A DNA stretch of 62,327 nucleotides, the filler included, from Sphacelaria rigidula (Eukaryota), in assembly GCA_964200075.2 (NCBI GenBank). It is 6 parts of 6 records of this genome, joined end to end, with 100 filler letters (N's around TTAATTAATTAA, not from the genome) between each part and the next. Parts side by side here need not be neighbours in the genome. Positions count along the whole stretch, not along the records: positions 41,622 to 51,924 come from CAXNAA020006753.1; positions 52,025 to 62,327 come from CAXNAA020006754.1; 4 more parts are not named here. The stretch is one strand, 5' to 3'. Under the pieces are notes generated by a model. It was not told the origin of the DNA and did no database searches. It saw nothing but the letters and a program-made list of their open reading frames with translations. Position numbers and translations under genes: made by a program. The first letter of the stretch is position 1. Each line of letters opens with the position of its first letter. This document shows positions 50,251 through 62,327 of this stretch, in pieces.

Positions 50251-51850
50251 ATCGAGGTCGTCTTCGTGTGCTGATGACCCAGTCCTAATTGCTGATGTAA
50301 GAAATCCTCCGCAGAAGTGTTGGATATTGCCCCAACAAGCTTCAATGACAGTTGTGTTGTACCCCTGTACTGTCTTCAGCACGGCGCTATGCGATACCGC
50401 ACTGTAGAATTAGGGTTCGAACCGCACTCAAAATAGCGACACGTTTTTGGCTGCTTGGTGGAGCACTTGTGCCAAAGTTCTACCCTCTGAAATCCCTGCC
50501 AGTGTGTGCACAAAACGGTGCCGTTCGACTCGGTAGGCTAAGCCGAAACACAGCACCAACAATGATTAGTCCACAGCAACGCTTGGTGCTGGTACAGCTG
50601 CCCCTAGAAGTGCGACCAGTGTTGCCCTCAGGTACGTTTGTGTTGGACGACAACCTTTGAATATCTTTCGTAGGTGTATCTTCGGGACCTCTTCAGGGCG
50701 CGGAGAGGTGAAAAACATACTATAATACACACACCGTAGTACAGCGTACGTAAGCAGCTGGGGCCGGGTCGGGGGGTTTTGAATTTAAAAGGAGAAACGT
50801 CATTTACCTCAAGTACTAAAGTGGTCGTGAGTTCACGGTGTAATTTGCCTCACTGCTCATTGCTACATCGTTGTGGTTTGGTACAATAGCACAGCACAGA
50901 AACTGTGCTGCGGTACTTTTTAGGAACAAAAAATGCTGCATTCATGACTAAACAGACTGAAGTCATTACCGAGCGCAGGCGGAGCGTGTCTTGAGTTCTC
51001 GAGTCGACAAGCCGTTCGAGGAGCCGCGCTGCTAGTAATCTCGTTCTCTGACGTCTCATCTATATGGACTATCTATTACGGGCGGAAGGTGGCCAGATTA
51101 AAGATAGCATTAGGATTATGGTTAGCGTGGATGTGTCTAGTTTGGGGTGGGTCGCACGCTTTCAAAACACAAACTGTCCCGTCTATCAACAGTCAGCTTA
51201 GACAGGTACACACTGAAGGCCCAAAAGAATAAGCGGCGCAACCCCTGCCGGCTCAATTTTCAAGATTTTTTTCGTGCAAATGCAACAAAGAGGTACACGG
51301 TACACGGGTAAACCGTCATGTTTTGGAACAGAAAAGGGTACCGCATTTTTCGGTTTTGGGCGCGGCGCTGCACGCGGGCTGCTGAACGCCTCGAAAGCAC
51401 GTTCCAGCGCCTCGGCCAACGTCGGCCCTATGCCCAAGGTGTCTGGGCTGCACGCCCGACCACTTTTTTATTTTTGTACACGTGGTATTAGGCTTAACTA
51501 CAACACGAAAAATGAGAGCCTGTTGGGGTACCCTTTGTGTAAGCAACCCAGGAGGGCACACCCTACTCTGCTAGAAAATTATCCGTTACATGTGTACCCT
51601 TTCATGGTCAAGTGCATACCCGTCTTAACCCTCCTTTGAGGGTTGGTGACCGTAGCGCCGGCTCCGCAGAACACGCCGAACAGTAACAACCATACCCACC
51701 CCGCGGACATCTCCGGATCAAGGAACCCGAACAGCAAGGAGCAAAATATACTGTTGAAGCACACCCTGGACAAGAGCTCGCCTTGTCAAAAGTGTACTGG
51801 ATACAGTCTAAAATCAATTGTCTACTGCAATGGACGCAAGAGTCGATGCA

Positions 51851-51924
51851 GTGTTGTTGTGTTGTTGTGTGTTGTCGTCCCATTTATTCTGGACGCCAGT
51901 CTACCCCTTTCGGGCTATGTGGGC
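51851..51924 (-). mobile_element. Family B SINE 3' tail, truncated by contig end
   Basis: (GTT)n followed by gtcccatttattctggacgccagtctac...tatgtgggc, nearly identical to 56540-56621. Confidence 0.8.
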
Positions 51925-52024
51925 NNNNNNNNNNNNNNNNNNNNNNNNNNNNNNNNNNNNNNNNNNNNTTAATTAATTAANNNNNNNNNNNNNNNNNNNN
52001 NNNNNNNNNNNNNNNNNNNNNNNN
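51925..52024. other. Artificial contig linker
   Basis: Same spacer. Confidence 0.99.
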
Positions 52025-52662
52025 GGGTTCTCATCCTCAGTCAAAAGCACCATCCTCAACATAGATGATTGGCTGTTAATAGAGAAATGATGGGCACCGT
52101 TAAACAAACAGAGCACATTGAAATGAAAACCGGGAGACAGAAGAAGACAAATATGGTCCCGGGTTTTGCGTATAACACCACAAGTATCAAGATACACAAA
52201 AAACGCCGCGATCAGTGAAAGTCTGGTGCCGTGACGCATGCAACCATGATCGTAGTATCAATTCCCAAAGCGACGACCACTCAAGCGTTGGGGCAGTTCC
52301 GTTTAGCCTATGTATGGCAGTGCAGACGTTTTGTGAATTGAGTTCCATATCCATATACACGCTTCTGGGTTGAAGATTCCCATTCAGCTTTGCACCTCCA
52401 GGATTAACAGATTATGTATTTTTAGTGTTGCTTGAATCTCGCGTTCGACTACGAGTAGCGACCATGTACAAAGCTCTTACGGATGAGATATGCTCCGCTA
52501 CGTTTCTGTACGCCAGAGCAGTATTTCAAGGAATAGCAGTAGAATATTCCAGACCACGCACTACTTATATTATACCATACACCTCACCGTGTTGAGGAAA
52601 GCCCGAAGTGTCGCTGAATCAAAAATCATTATAACGAAGGGCTTAGAAGAATCGATACTCAC

Positions 52663-55600
52663 CGAGGGCTGCCGACTGTGTACAGAGCTGCCACAGGTAG
52701 GTCATGCTCCGCAGCCATCCTGGCTGCCGCGATCGTAGCCAGCGCCGCTCCCAAAGAGTGACCTGTAACAAAAATGGGTCTGTTGGATTCGGCGTAGAGC
52801 TCCTTCACTTTTCCCTCCATCCATCCTTTCCCCTTCCACACCGTGTTCAGACCGCGGTTGAATCCCTGCAAGGGTTGGAAATCGATGGGGAATTACGTCA
52901 CGTTACTAACACAATACCAGTACGCATGTCTTCCAGAGATCTTTATATATATGCTTATGGCATATATCTATGCATCTCTTCAAACGTGTTTTGTCATAAT
53001 ATGATGTACTGCGTCAATATATTGAAGCGGTATCGAGGGTCTGAATTCCCATCAACGAGAACTCCATCATCGGTCGCTGCTCATGGGATTGGATAATGGC
53101 TCAGGTATTTGATCCATTGAACCATTTATTTCATTGATCGTCGCACATCAAATTAACCCCCAGGGACCCAGACATGGTCATCTATCTGATAGACGTACCC
53201 GAGATGAACTGAAGCACTCGCCGAAGAACAGCGAAGAAAACACCAAGGTACAACAGGCACACAGAGTAGACTGAGAATAACAAACAAACAAACCGACCAT
53301 AATGAAGAGACCGAAGAAAAACAAGAATTAGCCGGCCTCTGCAGCATGGGTTCAGGTGTATAGTGTCTTCTTCAGCAATGAATACGTGCTCATACCTAAT
53401 CGGAAAACGAGAAGCCATGGGAACAGATCGCGGATTTGGCTCACACTTTTCTGGGTATAAGCTCTCACCCACGAACCCTACGGAAGAGGGGCACGAAACT
53501 GCGGAAGACAGACAGACAGAAATAACAGCAAAAAAAGGAGACATTAGACGTGATGAAGTCGAAAGCCACTATTTGATTTCTTCTCCAACGCATCTCACCT
53601 GATGTACTTTTGGCAGGCGAATGGATTCAGGTGCACCGGCGTTACCTTCGGACGCAAGCGGTGCGGATGCTATTGGCGCTTCTTTTGACTCGTTGGCATC
53701 CTCTCGCTGTGAACGATTCACACACTGCAACACATTTACATCACGCCAGGGAGCACGAAGAATACGCGCATCATCAGCAAGAACGCACGAAACACCAGTC
53801 GCTGTCATGATCGCACGGAGCGCCCCACCGGTTTCTACCGACCGGCGATGCTTGCATAATCGTACTGCACAAGGCAATTATGTCCTTGGATACAAGCACG
53901 TGTCAGCGATACCCGGTGAACTCCAGACCCCGCCAAATTAGAGCATCAACTCCTCACAGTCGATCATCGAAATTGAGGACAGAACTTTTCATTGAGGATG
54001 ATAACCCGGAGAGTTAAAATTCTTCGCATCCAGACCAATTCTTCGAGATATGCTTCCATTTCTTTATCTGCTGTTAGCTATTGACAACTACTACACGCCA
54101 CAAAAAATTGAATTCTGACGACCGGAATTCGGGGGTCCTAGGTGAAAAAACAATCCTCGAGAATTTGAGTGATGGATCACCCAGTTTCCCAAGGATTGCT
54201 TTTTCACCTAGGGCCCCCAAATTTTGGTCATCATAATCCAATATGTTATGTCGTGTTGTAGTTGTCAGAAGCTACCAGAAAATGAAGGAACGGGGCCATG
54301 TTTCGAACAATTGGCGTGGATACGAAGAATTCAATTTCCTGGGTAATCCTCAATGAAAAGTTCTATCCTCAATTTTGATTATCGATCGTTCCCTGCACGT
54401 ATTCCGGTTATTCTGATTCTATCAAACATGGACATTTGGTCGGGCTGCGTCTCATCTGGGCGGTTTTGACAGCGACCCGCACCACACCTGTGGAGAACGC
54501 TTGGAGATGGCGTGTGGTTTCTTGTGCAACATGTACTGTGTGTCTCCAACTGGTGTTGTGACGCGTGCCGATGCATGTTCAGGGACATTAATCTATTGGT
54601 CGACTAACAGAGCTCACCATGCCACACTTTATGTGGGTTTGTCTGAGATGAATGATAATGGGACATTGGCGGGGATACGAGTGAAGCGCCCTGTCACGAA
54701 GGAGCCTACAGTAACAGTATTGCACGCCGTGCGACAACATTAACAGACAAAAGGGCGACAGTATCCTGCAAGGTACGCCTATTATGATCCGTGACTGGAC
54801 GAGAAACGCCAATGCCTCGGATCCTCGCATCAAAATGTGATGCCGTGATGGAAGTGGGAGCTTGTCTTTGCCGTCTAGAACTTCATACACTTGTCGTAGC
54901 TCGAGACAGCCTTGTGAGCCTCTGCTTTCGTTGCAGCTGCTACATAACTCCCCCCCCCATCCATCGGCTGGAGAGTGCACCACTCTTGTGATGGACGAAG
55001 CGAGAAACAACTGACAAGTCAGTACACACGACGTGTTATCGACACGTCTGCCGACATACGGAACACGATGATACATTCGAATTCACTCCAAACGTTGAAC
55101 TCGCTGCACTTCAGGATCCTACGGCCATCGCCCAAACTGGCACACCACCAGCTAAAATATAATTTGGGCGCAGTAGAGGGTTCAAGTCTCGACGATAATG
55201 GGCTGTTTCGTTGGTGACCTTTGTCGACAGCGTCATGACTTGAGTGGAAGGACAAATCGATAAAACTTGACGGGCTGCGGGAGCCGACAGTCATGATCCA
55301 ATGCTTGAACATGAATTACAGGGCATTGGCAGGGGCCGATGACTAGAGGTGATGGGCTCTTCCCGAGGAAGGAGGTTGGTCAAAGGTATGGCGTTGAAAC
55401 ATAAAACAAAAGAAGCTCGTGCACATGCAGCGGCTGACGCTGCTGGCATGCGCAATACAGGCCGCCGTGTGATCAGGCATGGTGATCGATGGCGACTGCC
55501 AGCTGCGTCCACTAAGCGTCATGTATTAGCCGTCGTTCGGGGAGGGTGCTGCAGGTTGTTGTGGTGCCTACACCCCGCTTTGGTACGGGCTGTACCTCGG

Positions 55601-58600
55601 ACGGGTTTGAGTCAGGCAAAGGAGCTGTCGTTCAAAGTCTAGACAATAGCGCGAAACACACTCAAAGCGTTGCATCCTCCAGGCTTGCTGTGCTCACGGC
55701 TGCATGTCAAGACGGTCTAAACGCTGACGTCATATGCGTCCACAGCTGTGACCTCCTACCGGTTTGGTGTCGGCCTACTTTGTGTAGGATATTCCCCGAC
55801 GTCATCCATTACTGACCACCTTCGAACAGGAGCTCTGGTTGTCTGCAAACTCCCCGCCACGAATGGCCACCAAACACCGCAGCGCTGTTGTCCGGCTGCA
55901 CTGGTATCATAGGTACAACTGAGACCATTAAGTCAAACCGACAACTGAGACCAATAAGTCATGAAAAGCGGCGTTTGAATCCCGATAGATACAGTTGGGT
56001 TTCTGCTCCGATAACAAGAATCTGATTCCCGCACTTGACAAGGTTTAAGGAGCTAACGCGTTCAGTCGGCGAAGACGAGTCGACGCCGTTCGCGAGTGCT
56101 GATGGTCATGATTCAACCCGCGATACCAAAATACGAGGCGTGTACTGGGAGGAAGACGGGCTGATCCCTCGAGACCACGGACTCCTCCCGAAAAAGGGTC
56201 GGGACCCGAAGTGTGACGAAAAAGAAGAACCCTGGATACTCGGGGAGAGTGCAAGGGAGATGATTGCTCGGGGACGAAGACAGTACGCAAGGTATACGGA
56301 ACGAGCCTCACGCCCAATACGTGCTCATCAGAATAATCAGGGGAATGGTGCATCGTACCATAGCCTGCTGGGTGATCACCCTCCGATGATGATCCCTTCA
56401 ACTTCGATTTTCTCGTCGGGCGTGGCATCGTCAAAAAAACACATTTCTCGTTCAAGAATTGCCCAACGACACTAGTATCGGCGGCACTAGCACCGTGATT
56501 CCCGAGAAAGTCGAGCTGCATTATTTGTATTTCCGGGGGTGTTTGTTGTTGTTTGTTGTTGTTTGTTGTTGCCGTCCCATCTATTCTGGACGCCAGTCTA
56601 CACCTTTCGGTATATGTGGGCGCATCAGCCGGGGTCACACAGGAGGACGGTCAACACAGGAGTTTTTTTTCTTTTGTACCCCACCTTTCCTTCTGCGGTG
56701 CTTGCCTTTTTGTTTTATCGCGAGAGGGGTTCAGCAATCCCTTTCCCTCGTCGATCGTTACGTCGAATTCTGTGTACCCACGACATAGTTGCTCTCCACT
56801 GCTGGGCATGGTGTGAGAACAAAATCCAAGATCACTCCGAGAATTGAACTCATGACCCAACCGTCAGAAGGTTTCGAGGTTACCAACTGAGCCACCGGGG
56901 CGACCGGTCTTGTTATCCCCGCTAATCTCCGGTAATCTCCGATGCAAAAAAAAACACGAAAACGCTTTTGTCCCGCCAGGACAAGAGTAACACCTACTAC
57001 CGAGAAATAACACGCACGAGAAAGAATTCGACACAACCATCACCTGTGCACTACGAGTTACATGGAAACTGTGTAGACTATCTCAGCAGATGAAAATTCA
57101 TGCGAGCTTGCTTCAGTGTCTACAGCAGCCAACGTCAGAACCTTTGCTTTGTTGGAACTACATTTGTTTTGGTTGAAAACGATTCTTCAGCGTCTTTCTG
57201 TTACCATGGTTCGTTGCGACGGTTGTCTGATCCAAAACCCGGGGATCGATAGACAAAAGTTCCCAACACAAGCTTTCCAAGGAAAACCATCACTATGATC
57301 AATTGTGAATGGCGTACGGGGTAACCGGTCGTTGGGGAATTTCCGAGTACATAGCCCCAGAATTTGGCTTTGTCATTTTTGTTGGATGCTATGATCTCGA
57401 CTATTCCGATAAACAAGTGTGCAGCTTTATTTTTGAATTTTCTAGTCAGTCATGGCGCTACATCCGAAACCGTGTTCGTGAACCAAAATAGGTTCAATAA
57501 CACCCCCATGAAACGGTCTTTCTCCCGTATTGCATCGACAAAAAAGAGCTTGATTTCTCCACCCAGCGGCCGGTTCTCATGCCGATATCTACTGATCCTG
57601 ACAATTTCTCGTGAAGATAAAGAAATCGTGGCTAGAACATCCCGACCGATTTCGGTAAGTGATTAGTTTACACGTTGACCGCTGTATGTCAGCGAGCAAC
57701 GTGGCTGCAATGATGCCAAGGGCCTGACAAATGGGAAGCGGGAAATCAAACTTGTACGCTAGCAGACGCAAAGCTCTAGTGCGCAGGTCTAACTCTTCGT
57801 GCATCCACTGCGTTACTTCATCATAGAGGTCAGAAGCGCAAGAGTCGAATCAACGTCCAACTCCACGAAACCAACAGGCTACATACCACATGGAATCCCG
57901 TGAGCGTTATTTTCGCTGCTGTGAGGCGATGTGTCTAGCACATCGTGTACGCACTGACGGAGACGCAGTGCGTACGCAACCGCACTGCAATGTTTTGTGC
58001 AGGATTATGACACCTACAGGTGGCAAGTCCTTCCCTCAGAGATCGTCGCAAACATGATGGCAGCAGCGACGCGCACACTTGAATCGGTGTACCAACCGCA
58101 TCGCCATCTGTCGAAAAACCGGGGTCTATCAGAAGTGTAACTCCCCAGTTCTTTACAGGAAAACCAGCTCGTAGCGTCGATCACAAGGGAGGTGTTATAT
58201 TCCGTCACCCATGACTTGACGACACGCAGAGGGACGTCTCGTGTTGGTGATGCCACTGCCTGACTAACGTCCGGACAAGCCGTATACACACCTCCAGTGG
58301 TTGGCTGAGCGCAGGAAAATCAGCCTGGAAAAATTTAAGGTTGGTCGCCCAGTCCGAGGGTTCCTGTGTTCCTCGGAATACCACCACAATGTACTCCGCC
58401 GTCGCCGCTACGGCCCCCTGTGTATCCTCCAAAGCGGATTGCTCCACCTCATTGTCGGGTCGCTGCGGATTTCCCCCCACCCCCCATCCCCCCCCGAGAG
58501 AGACGTAGGATAAAAAGCAGGAGACAATTATTTCGATGCAGCGGTTTTGTCATCAAATATTGTTCCGGATACCATAGTTGGCTGCGAAAGCGAGTAGGAA

Positions 58601-59438
58601 TGCCACTCCACACCGCGTGATAACGCAGGGCAGTTGATTGCTAAGGAATGGCCACTCTAGCCTTGGAAGTAGTAGGTCGTCACCTGAAAGTCTTGCGAAA
58701 ATGGAAGTGGAAGAAAGGATGAGACGCCTGCTACCATGTAGAGGAACCGGGAGTGACTCTTCAGTCCCCTGGCATGTGGGGCACCTTGTGTCTATGATTC
58801 TCAAGATACCAGCGCAATAGACAGTCCGATCGCCCACAACATATCCCCGAGGCAATGCCTAGAAGAAAAGAAGAAAAACCAAATCCCGCCGATCGTCGTT
58901 CGATCAGTACAGTACTCCAATGTTCATCGAACGCCTTCAGTAACTGCTGCTGTTACTGCGTTTATTTTTCCCGGCAGCGGGAATACGCAACTCCGGGTTC
59001 CTCTAAATCACCGAAACATACCCGCAAGCGAAGCACAGTACCTACGGATCTGACTTCGTCTACGCGATGTCCGTACTGAACGATACCTGCAAGGCGACCC
59101 AAGGCTTTGTTACTGGTGGACAAAATGTATCGGGTACGTCGCTCGACTCACCACTTTCGAGTCGTCCGGAAAACCGGAGAATCGAGCCCAAATGTTCAAC
59201 CCTGTTGTACGATCAATGCCTATGTATACCTACACACATAGGTGCATCGGACCTCCGTCTTTCAGATGCAGCTATAGGTGACTCTTACCGAAAACCACCA
59301 GAAATTGTTTATGCCCAGATCGGCAAACTGTTGTCGGGTCTTCTCCGGCGGACTGTATATCATGCCGCTCAAATGTCCGAAGAAATGTGCGTTCCGTGGA
59401 CTGAATTCGTGACAGCTGATGTCTGGGCCTTGAACAAG
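52663..59438 (-). CDS. Class 3 (fungal-type) lipase, alpha/beta hydrolase (partial, 4 exons)
   Basis: Exons 59438-59289 (FSPRNAHFFGHLSGMIY...), 58462-58292 (DTQGAV...IVVVFRGTQEPSDWATNL), 53706 (or 53724)-53599 (...PKVHQ) and 52865-52663 (GFNRG...IFVTGHSLGAALAT...LYTVGSPR). Shows the FRGT flap, VHxGF, GHSLG nucleophile elbow and YTxGSPR motifs with phase-compatible splices. Confidence 0.93.
53960..54385. mobile_element. Foldback (long-palindrome) element in a lipase intron
   Basis: The ~200-nt arms are reverse complements: aattgaggacagaacttttcattgaggat vs atcctcaatgaaaagttctatcctcaatt, and gggggtcctaggtgaaaaaacaatcct vs aggattgctttttcacctagggccccc. Confidence 0.85.
56060..56225 (+). mobile_element. 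Family A SINE-related 3' fragment
   Basis: The reverse complement aligns to 8200-8315 (ccgtggtctcgagggatc...ttttggtatcgcgggttgaatcatgaccatcagcactc). Confidence 0.65.
56540..56907 (-). mobile_element. tRNA-derived SINE, family B (full length, intronic)
   Basis: Minus-strand head CCGGTCGCCCCGGTGGCTCAGTTGG (A box)...GAGTTCAATTCTC (B box) and an (AAC)n-like tail at 56540-56570. The body is shared with 8985-9170 and 51851-51924. Confidence 0.85.
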
Positions 59439-60654
59439 CTGGTCGGAATGGGGTTGCAACGGATTTCACCGGAGGTTAGACGAGGTATTTGGGGTTAAAC
59501 ACGAAGCAGCAGTGGCAACTTCGCGTATATTGCGCGTTAATGACTGACACGGTCGGCTTCCACAAGCACCTTCAACTCATGTACCAGATATGCTTTCTCA
59601 TGGAATGCAGAGGTCATCTTTGCCCCACCACCCCCTCCTCGCCTCCTCGGGACGAGTCCATGGTCTCAAGGATTCGACACATCCCTTCCCACGTGCGTGC
59701 CGGGCAATTCTGATCATCACACCAGCACATTCATAGCCCATCAACTCCCCTCGGTGTTATATTTTGACACTTTCTACGATACCCCCCCACAAAAAGCGGT
59801 TGGTTTGGCGAGGCAAAATCTACACGTAAATCGAAATGAAAGAAGTCGAGCACAACGAGCAGCTGGGAATTTGCACGCTTGGGTTCGTTTCCGACAATGT
59901 CGCCTATATGAAGCGCTTCATGCAGCCTGAAACCTAGCATCAGGCGCTGCATGGCCATTTCCTTCGGAGCAGTCGTGTTTTTTTTACATTGGGGGGGTGG
60001 GGGCGTATCGTCGAAAGACCCTATGTCATCCAAAGACTTGACGAACACCAAATGACGCGTTGACGAGACCGCCCTTCTCCAAGTGATTTTATCGATATAA
60101 TAAGAGTACCGATCAAAGAATGAGTCACAAGTAAACGCCATGTAGGCTACACGTTCAGGAAACCCTTGCGTCCTCCGGAGTGAAGAAACAATCAGGCGTC
60201 CTCTGGAATATCTTACCATCTGCGGAAAAGAGTGCCCCCCAACTTGTCTAGTGAGGCACGAGAAACACGCCAGCCAAGTTTCAGCCGAGACTTCATCTCG
60301 ATGTTCACACTTGGTGGCCATCCTAATGTTCTCTATTCTAGAGTATTTGACAGTGAATGTTCGTGGCATGAAAATTCAATGTACGACGCAATACGCCTCT
60401 TCTGCAGAAAAGAGCGTCCAACCTGCTCTCGCGTCAAAACATAAACGCCGTCGATCTCACCAATCCGCGCACTTTTTCTTTCTCTTTTGCCAGCTGCAGC
60501 TGCCGCGCCTCGAATCTGGGAAACAAAAAAACATGACACGTGCGCGCAAAGCAAATGCTCGTGGGGGAAGGCCCGGTAAACCGGATGGATACCAACAACC
60601 ACGAAGACATTTAGTATTGAGGGAGCTGCCTACCTTTGTTTATTTTGGGTGATA

Positions 60655-60850
60655 TTTTGAACCCCTCGCCTTCCTCGGGACGAATCCGTGGTCTCAAGAT
60701 ACCAATACGACTCTCCCCAGTAGAAGCCCTATAATGTGATCTCGCGCATCGGGTCAGCAATCCCGCACGGCGTCATGTTTTCGAATACACTGCGCCTCAG
60801 TAGTCTACTGCACTACCAGGACACCCACGTGTTCCCCACCCTCGCCAACA
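60655..60850 (-). mobile_element. Family A SINE-related fragment
   Basis: tttgaacccctcgccttcctcgggacgaatccgtggtctc...gggtcagcaatcccgcacggcgtca matches the family A 3' half. A shorter match lies at 59630-59675. Confidence 0.65.
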
Positions 60851-61614
60851 CCCACGGGAAATGGATGGGACTCTTTTTCATCAGCGTTTTTTTCGCTGAT
60901 ACATCATACGTGCAATATACCACATGTGTGTCCTGAACGGTATGGCCCTTGAAAGACAATGGTGCTGCTCCTGCTTCGACTGCCAACTACTACTTTGAAG
61001 TGTAGATCGGTGGCGACTATCATCTGCGTTCATCAGTTGTTGTGAGCCAGTAAATTTTGAGAGATAATCTCGTTTGTCTGTCGACCATGCTCCCTTTGTT
61101 GGTGTGTGCTGCACCTTGAATGGGTTCAGTTACGGCTTGGGTTTTGCAGTTTGAGTCCATACCTAAAAAAAGCAATTGCCCTGACCATCTATTCCCGTAT
61201 TCGTATCTTCTTCTCTTGTGCTCGTCTCGCTTTTGTTCAGGTAAGCCTGTTCGTCCTATCTTACGTAGACCTATGGTTTGCGTTCGTCGTCTTTTCTTCA
61301 GCGAAGTGTTTCCGTTTGTTCACCTTGGGTGCGTCTATTTTGTGACCTCGGCTTGATCTTTCGGAGATCAGTTCATACGCGACAAACCAACCAATCAATC
61401 ATCTCCCCAACGGTAGGAACCCATGTGTGGTTGTCAGCAAGTCAAGGCGGTCTATGTACAGAAGCACCAACTGGGCGGCACGTTTCCTTCACACGTATAT
61501 ATTACGATCTGGTTGTTTTCCATGGTATGGGCCGTCTTTTACAACCAGCCAACCCTCGAGCAAGCGTTTCGGTTGTTCGTCAGCTCTGATTTTTATCGAT
61601 TCACTTGCCACCAG

Positions 61615-61887
61615 CTCAACACACACTCCAAACGAATTATTTGTGAAGATCCGATCGATAGGCTACTGTTCCAGGTCTGAGACGTTTGTTTTCTCCCTCT
61701 GATCTTGACTCCAGAAACAGACAAATCAGTCAGTGCACTCGGAACACTGGGCTCAACACGCACTCCAAACGATTTATTTGTGAAGATCTGTTTGATAGAC
61801 TATTTGTTCAGGTCTGAGACATATGTTTTCTTCCTGAGGTCTTGACTTCCGAAATAGACCAAATCAATCAGTGCACCCCGAACACTG
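61615..61887. repeat. Tandem duplication, 2 x ~137 bp
   Basis: ctcaacac(a/g)cactccaaacga.ttatttgtgaagatc...caggtctgagac...tcttgact...cagtgcac...gaacactg repeated at 61615 and 61752. Confidence 0.9.
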
Positions 61888-62327
61888 CTAAAGCCCTCAC
61901 TCGTGACATGATGCGCCGCGTCCGATGTGTCCATCCGACATCATCGGCGAAATTATACCGGTTTCCCTCAAACGGACTTGTTGATATTCTCTATTGCGTT
62001 TGTTTTAGTTGTCCGACAAGAATTGACCAACGGGCTGCAAGCTCACTTAATGTGTCGGACTGGGGAAAATAGCATATATTTTTTTGCGACGATTGAAGTG
62101 TCCATGGTGCCGGTCAAAAACTGAAGAAAGCTACAAAATTGTTCCCGACATGAGAACAAAAAAACACATACCCGTCAGTCGTAGCGTACTCGAAACAATG
62201 ATATCCTAGGAAGAATCAAGTCCTCCGGAGATTGATTGTATGTACACGCCCCCCTCTCCCCCCCCCCCCACCCTCCTCCGCTCACCTGACCTCCACTCCT
62301 GCCCGCCCAACCCGAATCCCTATTCTT

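Noticed and set aside
10307..52024. Regularly spaced TTAATTAATTAA every ~10.4 kb as a biological periodic signal
   Set aside because: It is always embedded in N44 runs and is an artificial joiner.
52588..52628. Lipase continuation IFDSATLRAFLNT directly after GSPR
   Set aside because: There is no AG acceptor in the right position, and the implied intron would be only ~35 nt.
57200..57850. Protein-like minus-strand frame (EIKLFFVDAIREKDRFMG...) as a nested gene or viral remnant
   Set aside because: It has an internal stop, no recognisable motif and no consistent splice sites.

Overview
This window is eukaryotic nuclear DNA and is not one locus. It consists of six unrelated contigs of almost equal, descending length (1-10306, 10407-20712, 20813-31118, 31219-41521, 41622-51924, 52025-62327), joined by artificial 100-nt linkers (N44-TTAATTAATTAA-N44). 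The short GT-AG exons in long repeat-rich introns, the bipartite plastid-targeting presequences and a 'polymorphic outer membrane protein'-like exon point to a photosynthetic stramenopile, probably a brown alga (inference). Most ORFs in the supplied track are spurious, so I assembled genes by hand from phase-compatible exons: (i) a head-to-head pair of probable plastid-targeted genes; (ii) a WBP2-like PH-GRAM gene; (iii) a calcineurin-A-like PPP Ser/Thr phosphatase; (iv) a secreted beta-helix/filamin/PA14 mosaic protein; (v) a class 3 lipase. All are partial. The rest is dominated by mobile DNA: a decayed RTE-type LINE, at least two tRNA-derived SINE families, a Sola-like MITE with a 4-bp TSD, a 425-bp foldback element, elements with telomere-like cores, and several unclassified dispersed and tandem repeats. 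I found no CRISPR array, no rRNA, no intact tRNA and no clearly new biological system. The most notable items are the apparently chimeric beta-helix/filamin/PA14 gene, a young ~70-bp repeat bracketing a phosphatase exon in inverted orientation, and 3'-tail sharing between a SINE family and putative LINE ends.
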